Shown in pieces: positions 10,896 to 20,221 of a DNA stretch of 64,000 nucleotides (the stretch's first letter is position 1; every line of letters begins with the position of its first letter). Made by a program: the position numbers and the translations under genes. Origin of the DNA: Minisyncoccota bacterium (GTDB lineage: Bacteria > Patescibacteriota > Minisyncoccia > Phycocordibacterales > UBA1006). Under the pieces are notes generated by a model. It did no database searches and was not told the DNA's origin. It was given only the letters and a program-made list of their open reading frames with translations. The DNA lies in assembly GCA_021734445.1 (NCBI GenBank), contig JAIPIY010000001.1:185306-249305 (forward strand), given 5' to 3'.

Positions 10896-11939
10896 TTAAC
10901 TACTAGCTTGCATTGCTGAACTACGTGAACAAGTAAATTTAATTCTTCCAGCACCCCCTGAAAAACTTTCACCAAGGTTATTGTCTGTTTCAAATTCATG
11001 AGTACCGTTTAATAAGAAACCTCCCCCTGTTACTTCACAGGAATATACATAACGATGAGAACTTGGCATTACTGGTGTCGTTGGCTTGGTTTCATTATTG
11101 ATATCTTGTATATTTGCAACCACATGATTCATTTGATTCAAAGCTGTATAATTTGCAACACCTGTTACCGGAAAACCATATTTAGCCTGAAATGCACGTA
11201 TTTGGGCTTGAGTTTTTGGACCAGCTTTTCCATCTGCATTTCCAACATCAAAACCAGAACGATTTAATAACAATTGCAAATTCATTACATGAGATACTGG
11301 TAAAATTCTGTCATCTTGTAGATTTTCAGGATCCAAAGGACTTCCAGTAACATCAGTAATAGGATTTACACGTGCAGTAGTATTAACTTGTACTGGAGGC
11401 AATACGCAAGCACCAATAGAAACACTCCAAATTTGTCCTACTGGACATGATGGATTAGTACGCTGAGTAGTCGTTGTCATTGTATTTCCACTTGGCATTG
11501 TGATACTTGAAGAAGCATAACAACCCTGGCTAGCCCCACTGGATCCTACTGATGTACCCCATGAACCACCTGCGTCACGACAGATTTCCATACAAAGACT
11601 AAATGCAGATTGAGTTGATCCATTACAAGCATTAAATACATATGCCGTAGAAGGCGCTACTGTAACAGGGGAAATTACACAAGCACCAATTGTAACACTC
11701 CAAATCTGACCCGAAGGACAAGATGGATTAGTGCGAACTGTTGCATCTTTTGTTACCACGGGGTCAATCGTAGTAGTAGCCCGAGAAACCAATCCACCTA
11801 ATTGCAATCGGATTGATTCCAATTGTTGATACAGGTTTTGTAATACTGTTTGATCTGCGTTTGACTGTGCTTGTGCTGGATTTCCAAAAGAAAAAACCAA
11901 AGCAAAAACCAGAAATGCAGAAAAAATTATTTTTTTCAT
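10896..11939 (-). CDS. Secreted protein with an internal duplicated Cys module and a C-terminal peptidoglycan-binding-like domain
   Basis: Signal peptide MKKIIFSAFLVFALVFSFGNPAQA. Duplicated TNPSCP(S/V)GQIWSV(T/S)IGACV segments. The C-terminal LLLNRSGFDVGNADGKAGPKTQAQIRAFQAKYGFPVTGVANYTAL matches the PG_binding_1 pattern. Confidence 0.55.
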   Translation of the reverse strand: MKKIIFSAFLVFALVFSFGNPAQAQSNADQTVLQNLYQQLESIRLQLGGLVSRATTTIDPVVTKDATVRTNPSCPSGQIWSVTIGACVISPVTVAPSTAYVFNACNGSTQSAFSLCMEICRDAGGSWGTSVGSSGASQGCYASSSITMPSGNTMTTTTQRTNPSCPVGQIWSVSIGACVLPPVQVNTTARVNPITDVTGSPLDPENLQDDRILPVSHVMNLQLLLNRSGFDVGNADGKAGPKTQAQIRAFQAKYGFPVTGVANYTALNQMNHVVANIQDINNETKPTTPVMPSSHRYVYSCEVTGGGFLLNGTHEFETDNNLGESFSGGAGRIKFTCSRSSAMQASS

Positions 11940-12039
11940 AAAAAATTATACTAATTAATAATATCTAAACGAGAACACTTGCTACATATTGTAACCCCTT
12001 GATGGGATGTGTCAATGGTTATGAGGTGTATATGGGGAA

Positions 12040-12256
12040 AAGATGCTGTGGGGGTCTGCCCCCACAACTAGAGACTAATGACTAAAAGCTAGTAGCTAAT
12101 TTCTCCCCCTTTTCAAGGGGGAGATTAAGAGGGGGTTATGATATAAGGAAAGTTTAGGGATTATTGCCAGCTTTTAAGATTCCCGCTTACGCGGGAATGA
12201 CAACCGATGCTTTGTGGGGACAGACCCCGCAATGTGCGGGGTCTGTCCCCACTCAG
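12040..12256. repeat. Composite GC-rich palindromic intergenic repeat element, copy 1
   Basis: Ordered hairpins: tgtgggggtctgcccccaca, ctcccccttttcaagggggag, attcccgcttacgcgggaatgac, and ggggacagaccccgca-at-tgcggggtctgtcccc. The same module order and the same end (gtctgtcccc.ctcag.tat) recur at 26455-26685. Confidence 0.55.
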
Positions 12257-13792
12257 CTATGTATTTTTTGGGCGGTATTGCAATGCCTCTAGCACGTGTG
12301 ATTCTTGTATTTCTTCGGATTCATCCAAATCTGCAATAGTTCGTGCCAATTTGATAACCCGATGATACGCACGTGGGGAAAGTGATAATTTTTCTGCACT
12401 GGTTTGTAGTATCTTTTTTACATTTTCATCTAAATGAATTTTTTGAATATCTTTTGCAGATAATTCACTATTTTTCTTATTGTATCTTTGGTATTGTTTT
12501 TCTCTGGCCCGCTCTACGCGTTTTTTTATTGATTCTTGGGTCCCATGTGCATCAGGTTTTCTGTCGCCGGACAACGTATCATAATCAACATGTTCAACTT
12601 CGAGCCAAATATCAATACGATCCATAATAGGTCCAGATATTTTACGTTTGTATCGCGCAATTGCGCTGGGACTACATACACAGGTCTTTTTTCGTGACCC
12701 AAAAAATCCACACGGACACGGATTCATCGCTGACACCAATAGAAAATGTGCGGGAAATTTTGCACTGCCATGTGCACGAGAAATATGTACATGACGATCT
12801 TCTAATGGCTGACGTAATGATTCGATCACTCGTTTATCAAATTCAGGAAATTCATCGAGAAACAGAACACCTTTGTGTGCCAAGGTAACTTCGCCGGGCT
12901 TTGGAATTGATCCGCCCCCTATTACTGCAATATGACTGGATGTATGATGAGGGGAACGAAATGGAGGATGCATAATGACTTCTTTTTCCAATGTTCCCGA
13001 CAATGAATGAATACCTGTGATTTCTAATATTTCATCTCGAGACAACGCTGGCAAGATTCCAGAAAAAGCACGGGCCAACATGGTTTTTCCTGTACCCGGT
13101 GGTCCATACATACCAACATTATGTCCGCCCGCTGCGGCGATTTCTAATCCTCGTTTTGCATGTTCTTGGCTTTGCACATCATCAAAAGAAACGGGCGGAA
13201 CATATTGTGAGATATCTAATACAGTTTCGGGTTGTGGAGCCAGTGAAAACATTTCCATTGATTCAGTATTTTGTTTTGGTTGCAGATGACGCACAATATC
13301 AGACAATGTGCGGACGGGATACACAGTGATTCCAGAAACCAACGCAGCCTCTTTTGCATTATGTGAAGGAACATAAAATTCGGTAAATCCTTCTCGTAGT
13401 GCCATTTGTGCCAACAGTAATGCACCACGGATAGGTTGCAATTCGCCATTTAATGCCAGTTCACCGACAAATAATTTCTTTTCTGGATTAAAAGATAATT
13501 CTTCGGATGCCATCAAATATCCTAATGCAATAGGAACATCAAAAAATGAACCTTCTTTTTTTACTTCTGCTGGAGCCAAAGAAACAACTGTTTTTTGATT
13601 GGTATGTTTTGGAGAAGAGAATCCAGAATTTTTTAATGCAGATCCAACACGGTCGCGAGATTCTTCGACAGCCTTGTCTGGTAATCCAACCAACGTAAAT
13701 GCATTTAGTCCTGTTGCCAAATCAACCTCGACGGTTATTAGGTTACCCTGTGTTACATGTGGTTGTGCAGAATATACACGAGCAAATGCCAT
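12257..13792 (-). CDS. comM: YifB/ComM family Mg-chelatase-like AAA+ ATPase
   Basis: MAFARVYSA...LVGLPDKAVEESRDRV at the N-terminus and Walker A GPPGTGKT. The start is placed at the internal Met; the longer ORF N-terminus is an AT-rich read-through. Confidence 0.85.
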   Translation of the reverse strand: MAFARVYSAQPHVTQGNLITVEVDLATGLNAFTLVGLPDKAVEESRDRVGSALKNSGFSSPKHTNQKTVVSLAPAEVKKEGSFFDVPIALGYLMASEELSFNPEKKLFVGELALNGELQPIRGALLLAQMALREGFTEFYVPSHNAKEAALVSGITVYPVRTLSDIVRHLQPKQNTESMEMFSLAPQPETVLDISQYVPPVSFDDVQSQEHAKRGLEIAAAGGHNVGMYGPPGTGKTMLARAFSGILPALSRDEILEITGIHSLSGTLEKEVIMHPPFRSPHHTSSHIAVIGGGSIPKPGEVTLAHKGVLFLDEFPEFDKRVIESLRQPLEDRHVHISRAHGSAKFPAHFLLVSAMNPCPCGFFGSRKKTCVCSPSAIARYKRKISGPIMDRIDIWLEVEHVDYDTLSGDRKPDAHGTQESIKKRVERAREKQYQRYNKKNSELSAKDIQKIHLDENVKKILQTSAEKLSLSPRAYHRVIKLARTIADLDESEEIQESHVLEALQYRPKNT

Positions 13793-13894
13793 AGATATAT
13801 TTATTGTATAAAAAATAAAATAAATATACAAGAACACTGTGTATAAAAAATACACACATCATAAATATGGTGCGTATATTTAAAAAGATTCTTT

Positions 13895-14284
13895 TTATTT
13901 CATATGAGCAATAGAAGTCGGGGCAGCAGGATTTGCTTCTAGTCGTTCTATTTCAATAGGTTCACCAGATACTTCACAAATACCAAAAGTTCCATCATTC
14001 AATGCAATTTTTTGCAGTGCCTTGTCTACTTCACCCAATCGAATTTCTAATTCAGACAATGAGGCAACTCTTTCTTGGAAATCAACCACATTATCTGCTT
14101 GATCAACGAAATCTGGTTCTTGGGCATCTTGGTGTGCTGGTTGTGCCTCCCAATCATCCTTGTATCCTGTTGGGTGACCACTGTCACCTAATTCTTGTAA
14201 AAGAACCTTTCGTTCTTCTTCAAGTAATTTTTGAAAGTGTGCTATATCTAAATCATTTCTTTTCATATAGGCAAAGTGTACCAT
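13895..14284 (-). CDS. DksA/TraR-like protein with an incomplete zinc finger
   Basis: Coiled-coil region plus a C-terminal CEVSGEPIEIERLEANPAAPTSI that resembles the DksA C4 region but carries a single Cys. Family assignment is tentative. Confidence 0.4.
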   Translation of the reverse strand: MVHFAYMKRNDLDIAHFQKLLEEERKVLLQELGDSGHPTGYKDDWEAQPAHQDAQEPDFVDQADNVVDFQERVASLSELEIRLGEVDKALQKIALNDGTFGICEVSGEPIEIERLEANPAAPTSIAHMK

Positions 14285-14305
14285 AGTGAAAATAAAAAGA
14301 GAAGC

Positions 14306-16225
14306 CTAACGAAATTGCAAAAATGTTGATCTTGCCATTCTACGAATAGCCTCTTCCAACACGCTTTCATGGGTCGTAATCAGTAGGGTGTTTTCATTGA
14401 GAAAAGTATACAGCAAAACGGTTTCTTGTTCGTCATAAGTCGGCACAAATTGTGATTCTGTATCGAGAATAATTTTTTCCACATACTGATCCAAAGATTC
14501 TAAAAACCTCACCACCATTTCATCCGTAGAATTTGTCTGGGCAACCAATACATCTTCTTCTCCTATGCGGGCACATGCATTTACTCGATAGGTTGCCGCT
14601 GACAATCCCTGCAGTGATTGTTCAACAACGGAATCTGGCAATAGAGGACAACTGTTTGATCTATCAATAATCAAATCATCTCCTGATGGCGTAGTGAACA
14701 ACAGGGGAAAAATAATCGGTGCAGAAATTTCTTCTTCTAAGACAACACCTACAATAACTCCGTCATCTTGTACAGAAACTTCTTCTGTAGTTTCTTCTAT
14801 TACTTCTTCTGTAGTAATAGGTTCTTCGGTAGTATTTTCAGATTCAGAATTTGATTCCAGTCCAATATCAGACTCAACTCCATCTCCATCCAAAGAAATC
14901 TCAGAATCTTCTTGTGTTTCAACAACCGGCATATAAGTGCCTTGTAATAGAATAGTTTCTGGATACCAAATTAAAATATCTGATATCGCAAAAGATTCTA
15001 ACCGTGTATTTTCAAATGTTCGAGGTATCGCATCTGTTTCTCGAGAAACCAAAGCAGTATTAAACTGTGCACGTCTAATGTTGCGATTTTTCCAAAGAAC
15101 ATTTTCAAAAGGTGCACGTTCATAGGTCATACGCAAAGCATCGGGAGGTAATCCAAAAAGATTTTTTACATCAGCAATTAATGTATCTTCCCAAATTTGC
15201 ATTCCAGAAAATGCATTATCATAGGTGCTTACTCGAAGAACCATAAACGGATAATTTTGTGCACCAGAAAAAATACCATACATAAATGGAGATTCTTCCA
15301 ATGTTCCCAAAAATCCTAATGGTGCTTTTATTTGTAATGTCTCCAAGAATTGTTTGCTGGTCAACGGTCGGCTTCCTAAGCCTTCTGGAATAACAGGATG
15401 TAATGCAATAACAGAATTAAAAGTATATGCAGAAGAAAGAACTTCTTTTATTTTTGTTGCACTATCTAATAATGCAATACCTACGGGAAATGATATTACT
15501 GCATAATCATCAGAAGGTAGCAGTGTTGGTGCGCCTGCCTGATTATTTTGTTGCAACAAATTAATATTGGTAAATTTTGGTAGAACAAAAAACATTACAA
15601 TAAAGATGGCGCCAGCAAAAAATAAAAATGACCCAATGCCATAAAAAATGTTTTTTGTTGTAAATTTTGCATCTTGTTTTTTTTGTTGCTCTTCTTCATG
15701 CACAGTATCAAAAACGGTTGCAATCGTTGTTGGGTCACTGGTGGTGGTTACATGTTGTACATCACTGAAGTATGTTCGCATTGCAGAATCTTTTTTGGGC
15801 ATCAGCGTAGGATCACGCAATGGATCTTTTTGTCGTTCACGCTCATAGTCTTCGAATGAAACTTTTTCAGCATGCAGTGCATCGGCAAATTCTGGATGTT
15901 CGGTTGCAACCGTATCACCCGCACGAAGAACATCCACCAACGCAGGATCAGATGCATGTTCTAGCATGGTTACATCAACTACAGATTCTTTATCTTCTTC
16001 GGGAGTAACAGCATCTTCTCCTTGGGGAACAGAAAAGGAAATACCACCTACATCTTCTTGTTCTGCGTTTACTAATTCTTCATCTTGCTTGTTTACGATA
16101 CGAGAAGGTTCAATAGTATTATTAACATCAAACAAAGGATTATATTCCTGAGTTTCATCAAAAGATGTCGGTATAAAAAATTTCGCCTTTTTGAGAGAAG
16201 ATTGTGCATCTTTTTCATTGTCCAT
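14306..16225 (-). CDS. Hypothetical membrane protein with an acidic low-complexity region
   Basis: 639 aa with one clear TM segment (FYGIGSFLFFAGAIFIVMFFVLP) and an E/T/S-rich segment. No recognisable domain. Confidence 0.45.
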   Translation of the reverse strand: MDNEKDAQSSLKKAKFFIPTSFDETQEYNPLFDVNNTIEPSRIVNKQDEELVNAEQEDVGGISFSVPQGEDAVTPEEDKESVVDVTMLEHASDPALVDVLRAGDTVATEHPEFADALHAEKVSFEDYERERQKDPLRDPTLMPKKDSAMRTYFSDVQHVTTTSDPTTIATVFDTVHEEEQQKKQDAKFTTKNIFYGIGSFLFFAGAIFIVMFFVLPKFTNINLLQQNNQAGAPTLLPSDDYAVISFPVGIALLDSATKIKEVLSSAYTFNSVIALHPVIPEGLGSRPLTSKQFLETLQIKAPLGFLGTLEESPFMYGIFSGAQNYPFMVLRVSTYDNAFSGMQIWEDTLIADVKNLFGLPPDALRMTYERAPFENVLWKNRNIRRAQFNTALVSRETDAIPRTFENTRLESFAISDILIWYPETILLQGTYMPVVETQEDSEISLDGDGVESDIGLESNSESENTTEEPITTEEVIEETTEEVSVQDDGVIVGVVLEEEISAPIIFPLLFTTPSGDDLIIDRSNSCPLLPDSVVEQSLQGLSAATYRVNACARIGEEDVLVAQTNSTDEMVVRFLESLDQYVEKIILDTESQFVPTYDEQETVLLYTFLNENTLLITTHESVLEEAIRRMARSTFLQFR

Positions 16226-16315
16226 ACTTATATAGTATCACGAGACCAAATAGAATCACAATCATTTTTAAATGTAATAGGCATTTTTTTCATTTTTTAA
16301 AAACTATGATACACT

Positions 16316-16765
16316 TTGATCATGGATAATTTTTTAAACCGATTTTTAAAATCAAAACGAGACGGCGAAAATACCAATAAACCCACTTCTCCAGAATCTG
16401 GATTAGACGTTCCCCCATCTGTTGACCCTGCATATTTTTCAGAAATATTACACCATCTTGAATCAAATGGATTTGATCAATCAAAAGCTTCTGCCAGCAT
16501 TATCAGAAATCTTGGGGCAGAGAGTACAAAAACTGGTGAATATGTTTCATTTAGTGATATCACTATCAAACAAGCAACGGAAATTGCTCTTGACCCATCG
16601 CATCCAATCCATAAAGAAATAATTGATAAGAAAAAAGGAATTAGTGAATCAAAAAGAAACATGCTTGGAAAAGCATATGATGAGACATTCAACCCTAATC
16701 AACAATTTGCAGATCTGGGTGACACGATAGAAAACGAAGAAAAGGGAGGCACTCGAATCGATTAA
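16316..16765 (+). CDS. Hypothetical protein, paralog of the gene at 59694-60146
   Basis: Shares ALDPSHPIHKEI...EKGGTRID with ILDPNSPVHKLF...LKGGSRVD in the other copy. Followed by a terminator. Confidence 0.5.
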   Translation: MIMDNFLNRFLKSKRDGENTNKPTSPESGLDVPPSVDPAYFSEILHHLESNGFDQSKASASIIRNLGAESTKTGEYVSFSDITIKQATEIALDPSHPIHKEIIDKKKGISESKRNMLGKAYDETFNPNQQFADLGDTIENEEKGGTRID

Positions 16766-16774
16766 GAACCTATA

Positions 16775-16810
16775 ACAAAAAACAAGCAAGAAAATCTTGC
16801 TTGTTTTTTG
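16775..16810. terminator. Bidirectional terminator aaaaaacaagcaag-aaaat-cttgcttgttttttg
   Basis: 9-bp stem with flanking A and T runs, between the convergent genes 16316-16765 (+) and pnp (-). Confidence 0.55.
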
Positions 16811-16834
16811 TTATATATACATTAATATGTATTT

Positions 16835-18973
16835 TTATTTTTTCTGAACAATAAACTCAGGGTTATCTTTTTTGATAGATAAACTAATTCGGTCACGCTC
16901 TTTGTCGATAGCAACAACGGTTACCGGAACCATTTGTCCTTCTGTTAAATAATCAGAAACCTTTTCAATACGAAATGGTGCGATTTCAGAAACATGCACT
17001 AACCCATCAGCAAAAGGAGATATACTGACGATAGCACCAATTTCCAAAACTTTGCGAACGGTTCCTTGTGCAGTTTCACCCACAGTCCATTCTTTTGTCA
17101 TATTTGCAATCATGTCACGAGCCATTTCTGCAGATCCATTTTTTCCAATACAATATACCAAACCATCTTCTTCGATAGTAATTTCTGCACCAGTTTTTTC
17201 ACGAATTTCATTTATTGTTTTTCCTCCGGAACCAATCACCATACCAATTTGTGATGGATAAATACGCAATGAAACAATCTTGGGCGCATGCAAAGAAACA
17301 TCTAACCGAGGTTCTGCAATTGTTTGTTGTAGTACATCCAAAATCTGCAAACGAGCTTTTTTAGCTGAACCTAATGCATCAACCAAAATATCCACAGGAA
17401 TTCCATCTAATTTAATATCCAATTGAATTGCTGTAATTCCATTTCTTGTTCCAGCAACCTTGAAATCCATATCACCATAATGATCTTCTACACCCTGAAT
17501 GTCAGTTAACAATGCATACTGTGAAACATCTTCCGTGTTTAACATTAATCCAACAGAAATTCCCGCAACTGGCGCCAACAATGGAACACCTCCATCCATT
17601 AATGCCAATGTCGATGCGCACACCGACGCCTGTGACGTAGAACCATTTGATGCCATACATTCAGAAACCACACGAATCGTATATGGGAAAACTTCTTTCG
17701 ATGGAATGACAGAAACCAATGCTTTTTCTGCCAATGCACCATGACCAATTTCACGCCGATTTAATCCACCAAAACGCCCCGTTTCTCCAACAGAAAATGG
17801 AGGAAAATTATAATGATGCATGAAACGTTTTATACCTTTTGTTTCCATGCCATCCATCGTGTACGCATCTTCTGGACCACCCAATGTTAATACGGACAAC
17901 ACATGAGTTTCTCCTCGGTAAAAAATTCCTGTTCCGTGTAATAATGGTGACAACCCACCCGCCTGTGCATACAAATCACGCACCTGATCTAATGTGCGAC
18001 CATCGGCACGTTTTCCATGAGAAAGAGCTAATTCATGTACCATCGCATCAACCGTTATTTCATAATAATGATGTGCTTGAGCAAAAATATCATCACGGTC
18101 TACATACTGTTCACGTAATGCATTTCTGTATGTTTCTTCTACTTCGTGAAACACTTTTTTATCAGCAGTACCATTTTCTAAATGGTTCCACAAAATATCT
18201 CGTACGGTGGTGTGAAACACGTCAGCTAATTCTGTTGGCACCACCGGTAGGGGGATATCGCGTTTTTCTTTTGCAATCTTTGCAATAATATCTTTTTGAA
18301 ATTGTTCCAGTGTGGCAATCGCAGAAATAGCATCGGTAAAACTTTGTGCCATAATTTCTTCTGAAACCTGACATGCCATAGATTCAATCATCGTAATACG
18401 ACCTTGGCGCGCACACACCAACAAATCAAAATCATAATCGTATTCAGAAGTAGATTTTTCTGTAGATCGTACGTATCGATTTAATGCAATATCTTTTTCT
18501 CCTACAGGACGACGCAATGCCACCGCACCCACGGGTCCGTTCCACGGAATATCAGAAACCGCCAATGCCAACGATGCAGCATTGATACCCAGAATCACTG
18601 GATCAAACGATCCTACAGATAATACGGTTACCACAATTTGAATTGAATTTTTTATATGATGAGAAAACAACGGACGCAATGTTCGGTCAATAATACGACA
18701 TGCCAAAATTGCTGTTTCAGATGGACGACCTTCACGTCGCATAAAACGACTGCCTAATATTTCCCCACTAGCATAAAATTTTTCTTGGTATTCAACCTGC
18801 AAATTAAAGAACCCTGGATTATGATCTCCGTTTGCAGACATACATGCTGTTGCTAATACAACAGTATCACCCGATCGCATAATTACTGCACCATGAGCCT
18901 GGTCTACCAAATTAGAAAATTCGGCAACAATCTCGTGTTCACCCAATTGCACTTTGTATTCTTGTTTTATCAT
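16835..18973 (-). CDS. pnp: Polynucleotide phosphorylase (PNPase)
   Basis: 712 aa with two RNase PH domains and C-terminal KH and S1 domains. Highly conserved N-terminus. Confidence 0.95.
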   Translation of the reverse strand: MIKQEYKVQLGEHEIVAEFSNLVDQAHGAVIMRSGDTVVLATACMSANGDHNPGFFNLQVEYQEKFYASGEILGSRFMRREGRPSETAILACRIIDRTLRPLFSHHIKNSIQIVVTVLSVGSFDPVILGINAASLALAVSDIPWNGPVGAVALRRPVGEKDIALNRYVRSTEKSTSEYDYDFDLLVCARQGRITMIESMACQVSEEIMAQSFTDAISAIATLEQFQKDIIAKIAKEKRDIPLPVVPTELADVFHTTVRDILWNHLENGTADKKVFHEVEETYRNALREQYVDRDDIFAQAHHYYEITVDAMVHELALSHGKRADGRTLDQVRDLYAQAGGLSPLLHGTGIFYRGETHVLSVLTLGGPEDAYTMDGMETKGIKRFMHHYNFPPFSVGETGRFGGLNRREIGHGALAEKALVSVIPSKEVFPYTIRVVSECMASNGSTSQASVCASTLALMDGGVPLLAPVAGISVGLMLNTEDVSQYALLTDIQGVEDHYGDMDFKVAGTRNGITAIQLDIKLDGIPVDILVDALGSAKKARLQILDVLQQTIAEPRLDVSLHAPKIVSLRIYPSQIGMVIGSGGKTINEIREKTGAEITIEEDGLVYCIGKNGSAEMARDMIANMTKEWTVGETAQGTVRKVLEIGAIVSISPFADGLVHVSEIAPFRIEKVSDYLTEGQMVPVTVVAIDKERDRISLSIKKDNPEFIVQKK

Positions 18974-19164
18974 ATTTTACAAGAAAGCCCTCAGACCTTA
19001 GTTTTGTATCAAAACAGATACAACACTACCCGTCCAAAGACTTTCTCTGGTTATATACTAATGTGCACAATTGTATCCTAGCATGAATTTTGATAATGAG
19101 TAATATACCTATATATTGTTCATATGCAAAAAAACTGACTGTTAGTCGTATAATTTGTGACTGC

Positions 19165-19193
19165 TTGACAATTAACTTTATATATGCTATATT
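19165..19193 (+). promoter_or_regulatory. Candidate sigma-70 promoter: TTGACA, 17-nt spacer, TATATT
   Basis: Near-consensus -35 and -10 elements about 70 nt upstream of the 19266 gene. Confidence 0.35.
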
Positions 19194-19265
19194 ACTACCA
19201 GAACATCACCTAATCTCTAACAAGAAAGGGTGACAATAGTTGCCCTTTCATAACAATCATACACC

Positions 19266-19727
19266 ATGAAGAATACTATTGAACTCTTCAATTCTTTTTC
19301 CATCCCAACCAGATCAATTTGGTCATTGTTGGGATTCATTGCGATTTGCGGGTTTGGATATCTACAGTTTGTGCATTTCCTGGTTCCAGGGTTTGTAGAG
19401 ATTTTCTCATACAATGATTTGGACAATCCCATGGATATTTCAACCGCCTGGAAACTGATGTGGGTGCCGATTCTGACCTACACTATTGCAGGCACTGGAA
19501 TGTGCCTACTGATCAATATCTTCAAAAAATTGAAGGGATCCAATAAAAAAGGTCTCATTCGAGGCTTGATTCGAGGTTTCATTGTGGGTATGATTTCTAG
19601 CCTCTCCTTCGGTCTCTTCTTAGGTCTTCTTATGGGTTCCGCCTTGATATTCGTTATAGCATTAATTTCTGGTCTCTTTTTAGGTTTTTTCCTTGGTTTA
19701 ACGGTATTCTCATTTATGAAAAAATGA
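19266..19727 (+). CDS. Four-TM membrane protein with a Gly-zipper-rich C-terminal half; paralog of 59103-59579
   Basis: ...PTRSIWSLLGFIAICGFGYLQFVHFLVPG... aligns with ...STRSIWSMLGFITICGFGYLQAVYFIIPG... in the other copy. Confidence 0.55.
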   Translation: MKNTIELFNSFSIPTRSIWSLLGFIAICGFGYLQFVHFLVPGFVEIFSYNDLDNPMDISTAWKLMWVPILTYTIAGTGMCLLINIFKKLKGSNKKGLIRGLIRGFIVGMISSLSFGLFLGLLMGSALIFVIALISGLFLGFFLGLTVFSFMKK

Positions 19728-19744
19728 GTGCCCTAAAACAACAT

Positions 19745-19778
19745 CCTCTGTCACTGCAAAGTGGCAGAGGATTTTTTA
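19745..19778 (+). terminator. Rho-independent terminator cctctgtcactgcaaagtggcagagg + TTTTTT
   Basis: Stem-loop plus T-run immediately after the 19727 stop. Confidence 0.55.
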
Positions 19779-20221
19779 TTAATGGACTATCTCCTAGTAG
19801 CTAGTTACTAGGAGATAGCATGTAGTTCCCCGACCCTGCACAAAAAGACGCCAAGAAAACAATTCGAAAAGTACTAACTATGAATTGCATTTCTCGACCC
19901 TGCATGAGAAAGCGTTAAAAAAATCACCTCAAAAGTCTGTAAAGCAAAACATATGTTTGAGTAAAACGAGTTTATGTTTTGTAAGACTTTTGAGGTGATT
20001 TTTAGCTTTCGAGTGCGGGTCTGGTTTTTTTGTATTACTTTTTTGCCACCAAAAAAGTAATGATGTTAAATTTGAAATTGAAATAATAGAATATTCGTTG
20101 CATATCAAAACCCACCTTATCCCCCCTTCACAAAGCGAGGAAAATGCAATTCGTAGTTTTTTAGAATTTAAAACTTTTTATCAAAAAGGTACAAAACAAA
20201 ATTATTTGCTATACTGTCCCC

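Noticed and set aside
12179-12198. ATTCCC-N8-GGGAAT modules, which resemble the Neisseria dRS3 repeat
   Set aside because: The surrounding genome is AT-rich with unrelated gene content. The resemblance is just a short palindrome, treated as part of the local composite repeat family.
19217-19432. Antisense ORFs 19217-19432 (-) and 59030-59233 (-) with similar peptides (CRYPNPQ...MNPN.DQID)
   Set aside because: Their similarity is a by-product of the duplicated upstream regions of the paralogous family-M genes on the opposite strand. Both overlap the real genes' 5' ends.
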